Positions 49,785-59,311 of a stretch of DNA of 64,000 bases are shown here, in pieces. A program made the position numbers and the translations under genes. This DNA comes from Terriglobia bacterium (lineage in GTDB: Bacteria; Acidobacteriota; Terriglobia; 20CM-2-55-15): contig CAXWPJ010000010.1 in the NCBI GenBank assembly GCA_963664115.2, positions 1 to 64,000 on the forward strand, read 5' to 3'. The notes under the pieces were generated by a model, which worked only from the letters and a program-made list of their open reading frames with translations, had not been told where the DNA came from and ran no database searches. Position 1 is the first letter of the stretch. Every line of letters begins with the position of its first letter.

Positions 49785-52277
49785 TTGAAAGTCCCGGCCG
49801 CTCTGATGATCCTGATTTTAGTCCTGTCCGGTTCCGCTTTTGCCCAGGACGGAACACTGGCGGCTGAAAACCCTCTGGCAGTCTTGAAACTGGAAGTCGA
49901 GCGCGTCCTGGAAGAGGCGGCACTGCCGTTCACCGACGCACAGGAGGACGCCGTCGTCCTCATGATGGAAGACCGGCGGCAGGCCTCGGAAGAGTTGTTT
50001 GGCGACCTGATGGACTTCAGCGCGGGCCCAACCCAGGGGCAGGCGTCGGACCGGCTGCGCTCGGCTATCGAGTACATGGAAAACGAGTTTCTCGCGCGTC
50101 TGGAGGACTACCTCACGGCCCCCCAGCTCGCCGCATGGAGCTTGCACCTGGAAACGACCGAATCGCCGGCCAACGTGGCATCGGAACAGGATCTTTCGCA
50201 ACAGCAGACCCAATACGTCCGTCTCAACCCGAATGCGTTCACCGCTGAGGAAGGGTCCTACCGGATCGGCAGTACACCGCGCCGAGCGGAAGTCATCGAG
50301 CGGGGCGGGGCCGGCGCATTTCACGGCAACGTGCAGTTCCTGATCATCGACGAATCCTTGAACGCGAGCCGGCGGTCCTACAACCGGGGCCAGCGGGTGC
50401 CCACCGTCAAGCCCCCGTATCAGGAGCGCGACACGAGTTTCGACCTCAGTGGGCCTGTTCTTCCGGGCCGGTTGACGATGAGCTTCGCGGGCCGCCAGAA
50501 CGAGGCGGAGAACGTCGACACCATCAACGCCACGCTGGCCGATGGCTCTCCGTTCTCCAGTGAAATCGTCCGGCCGACGACGCACCGCTTCCTATCCACC
50601 GGAGGGACCTACCAGTTCGCTGACGCCCATTCGCTGACGTACCACATGGAATACGCCCCGTACTCGGAAAAGAATCAAGGCATCGGAGGTTTCGTACTGC
50701 CGGAACGTGCCTGGGCGAGTGAGGGCCACAGCTGGATTGTGGACCTGAAACAGTTCTCGTCATTGTCGGCACGCAGCATTTATGAAATGCGGTTCCAGGT
50801 CAACAACAGCCACGCAGAGACGGTACCGACAACGACCGGGGTGCGGACCGACGTCGTTGATGCGTTCAGCAGCGGTGGCTCCGGGAACCGGACCGAGAGC
50901 GACAACCGCAACTACGAAATCGGCAACCTGTACACACGGATCGGGGAAGGCACGACGATCCGCTTCGGCTTCGACGGAATCTATCGGAAAAATCGGGCGC
51001 TTTCCACGGCCAACTTCGACGGAACCTTTACGTTTTCCAGCCTGGACGATTTCAACCAGGGACGGCCCTTCCAGTATCGGGTGGCGCGGGGCGAGCCCCA
51101 GCTTGAAACCACGCAAACGGAGCTGTCGTTTTTCATGCAGAACGACTGGCGGCTGACACCGGAGCTGACGTTCTATTACGGGTTTCGCTATGACTGGCAG
51201 ACGAATCTGGATGACGCGGACAACTTCGGCCCCCGATTGGGATTGGCCTACGCCCTGGGTCCGGCCACGGTCATACGCGGTGGCCTCGGTGTTTTCTACA
51301 ACAGCCTGCCTATCAACATGGTGGAGGACCAGCGGCGGCTGGACGGGACGCGTCAGTTCCAGACGGTCATCGCTGCTCCCTCCTACCCCGACCCTTTTGA
51401 GTCTGGAACCGTGCAGAACCTTCTGCCATCGGTCCGGGTGTTGGATCCGACTCTGTCGGCACCCTATTTTAGCGCCGGGTTGATTTCTATCGAACGGACA
51501 TTCCTGACCAACCTGTTCGTGAACGCCGCATATGAGTACAAGCACGACGTCCATCGCCTGCGCTTCAGGGACGTGAATGCCCCGCGCGACACCACCGCAA
51601 CTCGGCCGCGTTCCTGCACGAAGGATCAGAGTGCGGAAACCTGTGTTCGCCCCGATCCGACGAAGGAAGAAATCCTCAACCTCGAGGGTACGCGGGCCTC
51701 GATTCACCACTCGCTTCGATTTACGTATCGGCAGAGGTTCAGCATCTTCAACGTGTCGGCGAACTACCAGTATCAAAGAGTCCACTCTGACGGTGGGCCG
51801 AGGGCGAATCGTGGCACGCCCGCAGACAACTACGATCTACGGGCGGAGTGGAGCTTCGATCGCTTCTATCCGACGCACACGCTGGGCAGCACCGTGAACG
51901 CGCAGCTCCCGCTGGGTATCTTCTTGACAGGAACGATGTCCAGCAACAGCGGCCCACGTTACACCATTACGACCGGAACAGACGACAACCAGGACGGCTA
52001 TCTGACCGATCGGCCTTTAGGGTTTACCCGAAACACCGGCGATGCTCCCAAGTTCCTCAGTTTCGGCTTCAATATTTCGAAAGCGTTCTTCTTTGAGGGA
52101 ACAGGCGGAACGAACGCCACGCGGACGAATCTCAATGTGTTTGCTAACATCACAAACGCGTTCAACAACGTGAACTTCAACCCACCTTCGGGCGTGATGA
52201 CCTCACCGAATTTCGGCCTGTCAACCAGCGCACGGGATCCGCGGCTGATTGAGATCGGGCTGCGCTTCCAGTTCTGA
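49785..52277 (+). CDS. TonB-dependent-receptor-like outer-membrane barrel with helical N-domain (copy B)
   Basis: Same length and motifs as copy A. Confidence 0.85.
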   Translation: MKVPAALMILILVLSGSAFAQDGTLAAENPLAVLKLEVERVLEEAALPFTDAQEDAVVLMMEDRRQASEELFGDLMDFSAGPTQGQASDRLRSAIEYMENEFLARLEDYLTAPQLAAWSLHLETTESPANVASEQDLSQQQTQYVRLNPNAFTAEEGSYRIGSTPRRAEVIERGGAGAFHGNVQFLIIDESLNASRRSYNRGQRVPTVKPPYQERDTSFDLSGPVLPGRLTMSFAGRQNEAENVDTINATLADGSPFSSEIVRPTTHRFLSTGGTYQFADAHSLTYHMEYAPYSEKNQGIGGFVLPERAWASEGHSWIVDLKQFSSLSARSIYEMRFQVNNSHAETVPTTTGVRTDVVDAFSSGGSGNRTESDNRNYEIGNLYTRIGEGTTIRFGFDGIYRKNRALSTANFDGTFTFSSLDDFNQGRPFQYRVARGEPQLETTQTELSFFMQNDWRLTPELTFYYGFRYDWQTNLDDADNFGPRLGLAYALGPATVIRGGLGVFYNSLPINMVEDQRRLDGTRQFQTVIAAPSYPDPFESGTVQNLLPSVRVLDPTLSAPYFSAGLISIERTFLTNLFVNAAYEYKHDVHRLRFRDVNAPRDTTATRPRSCTKDQSAETCVRPDPTKEEILNLEGTRASIHHSLRFTYRQRFSIFNVSANYQYQRVHSDGGPRANRGTPADNYDLRAEWSFDRFYPTHTLGSTVNAQLPLGIFLTGTMSSNSGPRYTITTGTDDNQDGYLTDRPLGFTRNTGDAPKFLSFGFNISKAFFFEGTGGTNATRTNLNVFANITNAFNNVNFNPPSGVMTSPNFGLSTSARDPRLIEIGLRFQF

Positions 52278-52499
52278 AAACCGTCCCCAAGATCCGACAC
52301 AAGATCGCCCGGCCATCCCCAGTATCCAAACCTGGACGATCACAAAGATCAAGGCCGCGGTGGATCGATTCTGTTTTTGACAGAGCCCTTCGCATGGATT
52401 AACGTGTATGGACGACTTCATTAAAGTGGGTTCGACCTCGTTTCCTCGATCTCAATGAAGCCTGATGAATTACGCAGAGTTAAACGGGAGGTACTACAC

Positions 52500-52907
52500 A
52501 TGCGATTCTCTCTTTCGCTGGCATTGACCGGTTTGCTCCTGATGCTGGCCCTACCGTCTGATGCTCACCATTCCGCCTCATCGTTTTGGCACACCGATCA
52601 AATTGTGGAGATCGAAGGCGTCGTGAAGTCCATCCACATCGTCAATCCACATCCTGAAATGGTGGTTGAAGTGACAGACGCCAACGGTGAGAAATCCGAC
52701 TGGTACATCAGCGGCGGGGGCAACGCCAGCGCCATGATTCGGGCCGGCTGGACCGACGACACGATCCCTGTTGGCGAGAAAGTCAAAGTTCAGGGACAAC
52801 CATCCCGTCGTGAAGGCGCAAAGGCTCTGCTCTCGGGAGACGTCACTACAGAAGACGGCGTGGTGATTTCGTTTGGCTTCATCCAATTGGAGGAAGCCGT
52901 CAACTAG
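52500..52907 (+). CDS. DUF6152-like secreted protein (copy 6)
   Basis: SDA|HHSASSFW, VNPHPE, WYISGGGNASAMIRAGW; very similar to copies 2 and 3; GGAGGT RBS. Confidence 0.85.
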   Translation: MRFSLSLALTGLLLMLALPSDAHHSASSFWHTDQIVEIEGVVKSIHIVNPHPEMVVEVTDANGEKSDWYISGGGNASAMIRAGWTDDTIPVGEKVKVQGQPSRREGAKALLSGDVTTEDGVVISFGFIQLEEAVN

Positions 52908-52949
52908 CCTGAACGAATCCGCCTGGAGCCTTGAGACAAGTTACCCGAG

Positions 52950-53744
52950 CTAAGGGACGCAGGTCGGCGCAATGGTCTCCATGGATAAGAGATCGATCCG
53001 CCGGCTGTCCGGGAGCCGGATCGAATAGCCTTTGACCTGCAGCTTCTCGCCACGGTGGTCGTCGGGAGTGAATCCGCCGCGAAGAGACCCAATGCCCTGC
53101 AACTGGAAGGTATGCGTGCCTAGGGGCTGGACCTGGGCCCGGGCCAGCTCCTCATCGGTCGATCCCCGAGCCCGATCCGTTCTCGCCGGCTCACTCGCGC
53201 TCGTCAGTATCCAATTGCCTCCTTCATCCTCTGTAAGGCAACCGATCAGCTGTGCGAGAGAGCCGCTTGGGATGGGCTGGGGTCCATCCTCGCCCTCGAT
53301 CTGAATTCCGCCTAGGGTCTCGACCGCCAACTCCTCGTCACCGGCCGGAAAAGAGTTCACCGCCAATATACGCGCCACGATGTCGAGGTACGTACGGTCA
53401 CTCAGGCGGGCAGGCGTGTCCCGTGGCATCGTGTCTCGAATCAAGCCGAATAGGCTTCCCAGATTGTACTCGCGCCAGCGTTCCATGAACGCCGTGCCTG
53501 TAAAGCCGGCGCCCGGTTGCCTGCCGTCCTCGGCCCCATGACATCCCGCGCAGTTCGCTTCGAATGCCATCTGGCCTCGGTCTGATTCTTCGATGGTGTA
53601 TACGCCATCCCAGACAGTCTTACTCTCCTCGCTCTGAGTTACGGCAAGACTTCCGCTCCCGGCTGCCTGAATCTCGTCCACAGGCACACCCCAGATGGCC
53701 GCTGTCAGGATGATCGTCATGGCCGTCACTCGTCGATTATTCAA
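52950..53744 (-). CDS. Periplasmic monoheme cytochrome c with C-terminal extra domain
   Basis: TVWDGVYT, CAGCHG, distal Met in DTMP; second domain IGCL...WILT...TC; TTG start after GGAGG. Confidence 0.85.
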   Translation of the reverse strand: MNNRRVTAMTIILTAAIWGVPVDEIQAAGSGSLAVTQSEESKTVWDGVYTIEESDRGQMAFEANCAGCHGAEDGRQPGAGFTGTAFMERWREYNLGSLFGLIRDTMPRDTPARLSDRTYLDIVARILAVNSFPAGDEELAVETLGGIQIEGEDGPQPIPSGSLAQLIGCLTEDEGGNWILTSASEPARTDRARGSTDEELARAQVQPLGTHTFQLQGIGSLRGGFTPDDHRGEKLQVKGYSIRLPDSRRIDLLSMETIAPTCVP

Positions 53745-54001
53745 TTACGATGCCTCCAAAAGCCCAGACCAAAGATTTGTTTGCTGCCTGTGGATGACTC
53801 GACCGCGAAATCCGCTCAGTACATGCTTGCACGGACGCTTGCATTTTCTTTTCAGCCAATGTTTCGACGTTGGTGATTTAGTAATCGTGGATGGTTCCGG
53901 CGTGGGGAACGCGTCCCCGAGCCAGTCTTCGAACGGTTTTCAGCGACTGCTTAGGAATAGACGGGTCGTTGCTGTGGGCATCTGAATGTAGGAGCGTTCC
54001 T

Positions 54002-54760
54002 TTATCTCGCCGAGCAAGGCGTCGGGTTCCATCCTGAGCCATCCGGTATCTTCTTGAACTGCTGGCTCATTGCCAGAGGATCGCTCAGGTACTGCGGATC
54101 CTCAAACATCGTAATCACAAAGAGCAGCGTATCGCCGTTCGCTTCGTTGAAGATGTAGAAGTACTCGGTCATGACTCCATCCCCACCAAACGGAACTCCA
54201 TTCTTACGCAGGTATCCCGGTCGCAGGTTGGTCGTCACCACTTTCAAATGACCGCCACCGGGGACTCCGAACTCGCCCCCTGTCACCACCCACTCGGCGG
54301 TTGAATGTCCCTGCCACGTCGGTTCCGAGCCGGCTGGCGTCTGATCGAAACGAAACGAACGCGTCTGCATTCCGGCGTCCGTATCCATTCGCAGAGTCAT
54401 ATCGCTTTCCCAGGTGATGTTGAGACGCGTAGGCACCCGCAGAATCGCCGGGGCGGCATAGGCTTTGCATGCCTCGCCGGCGGCCTCATCTGCTGCCGGA
54501 TCCCAGCTGTCGGCTATTCGGCGGCCTTCATCATTGAGAGGAACACCCGAGTAATCACCTCTTGCCGGAGTGACCATACGCAAGTGCCAGTCTTCGTTTA
54601 CGAGGGATACCCAGGTCCCCGTCAGATCGATCGGGGCATCGGCCTGTGGTGATGGGCCAGCCCCCTGAGCCTGCATGTCAGCCGGAACCGAAAACATCAG
54701 CACCACGACAGCGGCAACGTATAGCCCTACAGCACAGCTCCGTAGCAATCTGGAAATCAT
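54002..54760 (-). CDS. Secreted hypothetical protein, DUF6152-partner family (copy 4)
   Basis: DLTGTW, PLNDEGR, ACKAY, TWQGHSTAEW, LKVVTTN, TEYF, EDP, PTPC. Confidence 0.8.
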   Translation of the reverse strand: MISRLLRSCAVGLYVAAVVVLMFSVPADMQAQGAGPSPQADAPIDLTGTWVSLVNEDWHLRMVTPARGDYSGVPLNDEGRRIADSWDPAADEAAGEACKAYAAPAILRVPTRLNITWESDMTLRMDTDAGMQTRSFRFDQTPAGSEPTWQGHSTAEWVVTGGEFGVPGGGHLKVVTTNLRPGYLRKNGVPFGGDGVMTEYFYIFNEANGDTLLFVITMFEDPQYLSDPLAMSQQFKKIPDGSGWNPTPCSAR

Positions 54761-54876
54761 TCTTCCTCCGACAGTTTCAGCAAGCGTTCGCACGGCCCGA
54801 ATTAACTTCCTCTAGACGAGGACGGGCCTTCAACCACATCTCCCAGCTGAGCCGGCGGCCACAATCAGAGAGGTCG

Positions 54877-55278
54877 TCAGTCGACAATCTCTCCGGGCCG
54901 GAAGCCCCAGGCGAACCCATCGGACGGCCGATGCAGGGTGTTCATTTTCATCCTGCGCTCCCCGGGAGTGCGCGAGGGATTCCCGGCGATAATCACTTTG
55001 TCGCCGGGTTTGAACGTGTCCCGTGTCACACCCTGGGTGCCGAGCCGGGCGGCGCCGCCCCACTCGACAGCCCACCGCTGCATAACTCCGTTCTCGTCGG
55101 GAACATTTATTTGAACGAATGCATGGGGGTTGCGATAGAGCAACAGGACCATCTCTCCTTCAAGTGTGATTTCCTTTTCCGCGTCATAGGTGCCGACGAT
55201 GGAATGGTGGGCTTCTGCACTGATCGTGCCAAATACCAGCAGACCAGCACCGAGGAAAAGAAATAATTTTCTTTTCAT
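54877..55278 (-). CDS. DUF6152-like secreted protein (copy 7)
   Basis: AEA|HHS, YRNPH, WAVEW, KPGD. Confidence 0.85.
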   Translation of the reverse strand: MKRKLFLFLGAGLLVFGTISAEAHHSIVGTYDAEKEITLEGEMVLLLYRNPHAFVQINVPDENGVMQRWAVEWGGAARLGTQGVTRDTFKPGDKVIIAGNPSRTPGERRMKMNTLHRPSDGFAWGFRPGEIVD

Positions 55279-55341
55279 GATCTTTTCTTCCTCCCAAGAT
55301 AGCGACTGGCCGCAAGCAACCGCATTGCTGGGGCGCCGAAG

Positions 55342-56484
55342 CTATTGTTGACTGAGATCCCGATACACAGTTTCGACAAACATGTCCGCTGTCCAGTAGT
55401 CCGTCGCATACCGTCGATCAAAATCCAGTGTCGGGTTCGCCGCCTTCACCTGCTCCAGCGGCATATCCCTCCGAATCATGTCGCGAATGCGGTCCCGAAT
55501 GATCGTCACTACGTCCCGATAGCGGGCAACGTCGGAAGCATCGCTGAGGCGCCCGTGACCGGGGATGATCATCGTTCCCCCTTGCATATTGTTCTCCGTT
55601 ACAGCCAGATCGAGAATGTGATTCAGACCGTCGAGAACACCTTGAACGCTCCCGCCTTTCTCAAGATCGATCATAGGATAGTGGGTGGTCACAAAAACAT
55701 CACCGGTAGCAATCACGTCGGAGTAGCGGAAATGAACGATGCTGTCGCCGTCGGTGATCGCCCTCGGCGCGTGATAGAGCTGAATCGCGTCACCGTTGAA
55801 AAACCGGTAAAACTTGTAGTAGGCCCTGAAGGGCCCCCGGCCCGCATTGCCACCATAAATCTCCGAGGGCATCGCATAAAACGACGCACCGGGCATTACC
55901 TCGGGCATTCTGATAAGAACATTTTCATGGGCCGCCACCACTGCACCCTCTTGCACATCCGCGGAGAGGAGCCCGTCGAGATTGCCGCCCTGGAAATTAG
56001 CACCCCCGATCCGTGAGATCGTCTCGTTGCCACCCACGTGATCGGGAAGGACACTGGTATTGATGACGTAGCGAACGGGCTTAGGGGGAGCGGGTGAGGC
56101 AGTGATCGCCGCGAAGTACGGACTGTTGCCTTTGTTTGTCAGCGTCGGACAACCCACACATATCTGATTGGGACGGGGTGAACCTTCTACAGCTGTGAGG
56201 ACCTGCCGGACCGCTGCCACGACTTCTTCCGCCATCGCTTCCGAACCCGCATCCACCAATATGGCGCCGTCGGGGCCCACCGACACAGCGATGTTGCCGC
56301 CGGCGCCTACGAGCATATAGACGGTCCCCTGCACCGGCAGAGCGCGGATTTCCCCATCGCCAGCGAAGGGATTCTGCCCGGCAAAGCCGGACTCGCCTAG
56401 ACCAAGCATTCCAATCGAGACGACGATGACCCAAGTCAAGACCGCCCTCAGACGACTGGACGGATACGCGATGTTTCTTTTCAT
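55342..56484 (-). CDS. Secreted metallo-beta-lactamase-fold protein with degenerate metal motif
   Basis: GAGGNIAVSVGPDGAILVD, INTSVLPDHVGGN, ITDGD, TGD, IPGHG. Start 56484 or 56505. Confidence 0.85.
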   Translation of the reverse strand: MKRNIAYPSSRLRAVLTWVIVVSIGMLGLGESGFAGQNPFAGDGEIRALPVQGTVYMLVGAGGNIAVSVGPDGAILVDAGSEAMAEEVVAAVRQVLTAVEGSPRPNQICVGCPTLTNKGNSPYFAAITASPAPPKPVRYVINTSVLPDHVGGNETISRIGGANFQGGNLDGLLSADVQEGAVVAAHENVLIRMPEVMPGASFYAMPSEIYGGNAGRGPFRAYYKFYRFFNGDAIQLYHAPRAITDGDSIVHFRYSDVIATGDVFVTTHYPMIDLEKGGSVQGVLDGLNHILDLAVTENNMQGGTMIIPGHGRLSDASDVARYRDVVTIIRDRIRDMIRRDMPLEQVKAANPTLDFDRRYATDYWTADMFVETVYRDLSQQ

Positions 56485-56501
56485 TACCTGCTCCAATCTC
56501 G

Positions 56502-57368
56502 TCACTGGTTCGACCGGTAGCTCTCCAATTTCAATTGGTACTCTGGATACATTTTTTCCGCACCGTCATTCAACACTTCTCGGGGAATGTCGTGCTTATC
56601 GACAAAGTCAGTGAAGTACGTGTTCGTTCCGGGCAAAAAGTGCGGAACCGCGCCCCTTTCCAACGGAGACTCATCGACCGGGATGCAGGGACTGGGGGGC
56701 AACCTCGCTTCCAGATCGATTCTGAATGCCTGGCTGGTTACATAGGGCTCCTCCAGATAGACAGGATCAGTAATAGACTGAACAACGAAGAGGTAATCGC
56801 CGTGACGAATCCAACGTTCCGTGATCGTAACCTTGTCACTGGAGGGCATGCCGTTCATCCCGAAGTAACCGTCTTTGATATGGGTGGTCGTAATGACGAG
56901 CGTGTTGCCTTCCCATTTGCCCGTAGAGAAGCCTCCCCAGGTGTGCGCCGCTTCCTCCGGGGGATGCGGACGACCATCTAAGTAAAACAACACGTCGAAA
57001 TTCCGGCGGCGCTCCATGCGGAACGCAGTGGTCTCTCTGGAGACGGGATCCACGACCTTCGTGATCCGGTTTTGACCCGTACCGCGCCAGTGGAAAGTGG
57101 CGACGTGTGGCCTGCACTGGTACTCCGGCAGCCCCCAGAGACTGAGATTGTGGGTCTCGGCGCTCAAACGGCCGGCGTCATTGTAGGGAATGTTGACGAT
57201 GTCGCCAACCTCCTGCATTCTGGGATCCCCCTCACCCTGCTGGATCCACTGAGTCCACTCTCCTGAAAAATCGATTCCGGGAGATTGCGCAAAGGCTGGA
57301 GTGACTGCCAGTATCACTGCCAGCAGGAACAACAAAACCACGGTCTTCCCTCGATTGGCCCTATTCAT
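56502..57368 (-). CDS. Secreted hypothetical protein, DUF6152-partner family (copy 5)
   Basis: AFA|Q signal; DFSGEW, QCRPH, DGRPHPP, TWGGFSTGKWEGNTLVITT, TERW, DPVYL, PC. Confidence 0.82.
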   Translation of the reverse strand: MNRANRGKTVVLLFLLAVILAVTPAFAQSPGIDFSGEWTQWIQQGEGDPRMQEVGDIVNIPYNDAGRLSAETHNLSLWGLPEYQCRPHVATFHWRGTGQNRITKVVDPVSRETTAFRMERRRNFDVLFYLDGRPHPPEEAAHTWGGFSTGKWEGNTLVITTTHIKDGYFGMNGMPSSDKVTITERWIRHGDYLFVVQSITDPVYLEEPYVTSQAFRIDLEARLPPSPCIPVDESPLERGAVPHFLPGTNTYFTDFVDKHDIPREVLNDGAEKMYPEYQLKLESYRSNQ

Positions 57369-57796
57369 ACAACCCTCCGCACAGTGCTAAACCAGCAGGT
57401 GCACTTAATGAATATTCATGTAGATACAACTTGCCCGCCCACTTTGCCGGTAAACGCTTCAATGGTTCTTGCTTGCCTTGTGTATAGCAGAGCCAGCGGC
57501 TTTAATTCAACCTGATTTCGAATGAAGAACCTGGAGATGCACATCCCCGGAAATACCCGGCCGCCATAGTGGGACAGATCTAAAACAGGCCTCAGGGCGA
57601 GGGCTCGGACGGCATTTGCTCCTCAAACTGATTCGGACTAGCCGCGTCGTGTGGAGTTTCGATGTGACGAGCCAGCAAGGGATACAGGCCAATGACAACG
57701 CTGCCGAGGGCCGTCACCGGCAGATGGTGGGCAGCGATGCGATTGAGGGACATGCAAGGCTCGGGAACTTCGCCCGGCCCCGAACCGAATTCAAGA

Positions 57797-58948
57797 CTAC
57801 TGCATTGCCGCAGTCCGTTCGCGTGAAATTCTAAGGGCCTGGGCTACCTGGGCTGGCGTCATTGCATTCTCCAGGGTCCTCCGGAATGCGGGCGCATTCG
57901 CTTCCCCAAAGGTCACGGCAAGTTCCGTCCAAACGTAGGCCTGTACGAGATCTCTAGGGACTCCGTCAGCATTGAAATACATCAATGCGAGGTTGAACTG
58001 CGCGCCGGCATTGCCCTGTTCGGCGGCACTCCTGAACAAATCCACGGCCGCCGGGACATCCCTCGCTACTCCCTCACCGCTGTAGTAGATGACTCCAAGA
58101 TTGAATTGTGCCAAGGCATGGCCCTGATCGGCGGCTTGCCGGTACAAGCCGAGTGCCGCGGCGAAATCTTCAGCAACACCATCACCAAAGTAATACATCT
58201 CTCCAAGGACAAATTGCGCGTCCGCATGCTCCAGCTCTGCTGCCTTTTCGAACCATTCCCTGGCCTGCGGCAAACTCCGGGGAACCCCCTCGCCATTCTG
58301 ATACATCATTCCAAGGTTGTAGTGCGCAGCGGAATGTCCCTGCTCCGCTGCCATCCGGTACCATGAGGCAGCCGCCGCAGGGTCCCTGGGAACCCCGTCG
58401 CCCCGACCATGCATCATGCCGAGATTCAGCTGTGCGACCACGTCACCCTGATCGGCGGCCATTCGGAACCACTCGGCGGCCGCAGTGGAGTCCCGGTTAA
58501 CGCCGTCGCCAACCTGGTACATCAGGCCCAGATTCAGTTGCGCCACAATGTCGCCCTGCTCGGCGGATTTTCGAAACCATTCGGCAGCTCTGACGAAATC
58601 TTCTGGCACACCGTCACCCCGGGCGTACAACATACCCAGATTAAACTGAGCCAGGACATCCCCCTGATCTCCCGCCTTCGAGTACCACTCGACGGCCTTA
58701 GCCGAATCTTGCGGGACTCCGTTACCGTTTTGATACATGGCGGCAAGGTTGAACTGCGCCTCAGAATGTCCCTGCTCTGCTGCCACCGTGTACCACTGGG
58801 CGGCCTGGACACCATCCAGAGGAACGCCATCGCCGTTCTGATACGCCAGGCCCCGCAAGAATGCCTCTTCCGCGCTCTCCTGTGCAAAGACGCTATTGGA
58901 CCATGATCCAACCGTCAGCAGAACAAGGGGTATCCACACGCGGTACAT
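57797..58948 (-). CDS. Secreted Sel1-like repeat protein (9 repeats)
   Basis: Signal peptide plus nine AQFNLGxxYxxGxGVxxDxxxAxxWxxxAAEQG-type units. Confidence 0.93.
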   Translation of the reverse strand: MYRVWIPLVLLTVGSWSNSVFAQESAEEAFLRGLAYQNGDGVPLDGVQAAQWYTVAAEQGHSEAQFNLAAMYQNGNGVPQDSAKAVEWYSKAGDQGDVLAQFNLGMLYARGDGVPEDFVRAAEWFRKSAEQGDIVAQLNLGLMYQVGDGVNRDSTAAAEWFRMAADQGDVVAQLNLGMMHGRGDGVPRDPAAAASWYRMAAEQGHSAAHYNLGMMYQNGEGVPRSLPQAREWFEKAAELEHADAQFVLGEMYYFGDGVAEDFAAALGLYRQAADQGHALAQFNLGVIYYSGEGVARDVPAAVDLFRSAAEQGNAGAQFNLALMYFNADGVPRDLVQAYVWTELAVTFGEANAPAFRRTLENAMTPAQVAQALRISRERTAAMQ

Positions 58949-59311
58949 GCATCACCTCCAAATCTTAAGTCCGCCCACCGAAGCAGCGGCGTCGGACTGA
59001 CTCAATGGAGCCGGCTTCAGAACGATCTTGCCGAAAGCGGGCTGCAAATGGATGATAGCGGAATTTTTGATGCGACGACACAGGGTCGCCGCAGGCAGAA
59101 CAGCGATTTTGAAGATGGACCTGCCTGCGCAAACGTCCAAGGGCTTGCATAACCACTTTTGCCACAGTGGACTGGCTGAATCAGGGAGTCCACCTGATGC
59201 GATGAGACCTCTTTGAAGCACGATCACGACGATAAGCGAGAAGGACCGGAAAGGGTTCGAGTGGTCGCGTCATCGCTGCCCTCAAGCAAAACCGTAATGC
59301 GTCCCCCGCCT

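Larger units (their letters stand above)
47078..52277 (+). repeat. Direct tandem duplication (offset 2655 bp) of promoter region plus outer-membrane barrel gene
   Basis: 47078..49622 versus 49733..52277, including TATAAT (47095-47100 and 49750-49755) and the GGAGG RBS. Confidence 0.92.

Noticed and set aside
47078-52277. Diversity-generating retroelement TR/VR pair or assembly duplication
   Set aside because: No reverse transcriptase, differences are not adenine-specific, and the many synonymous and clustered changes indicate real paralogues.
55342-56484. Beta-lactam resistance gene
   Set aside because: MBL fold only; the Zn1 histidines are absent and the context is unrelated to resistance.
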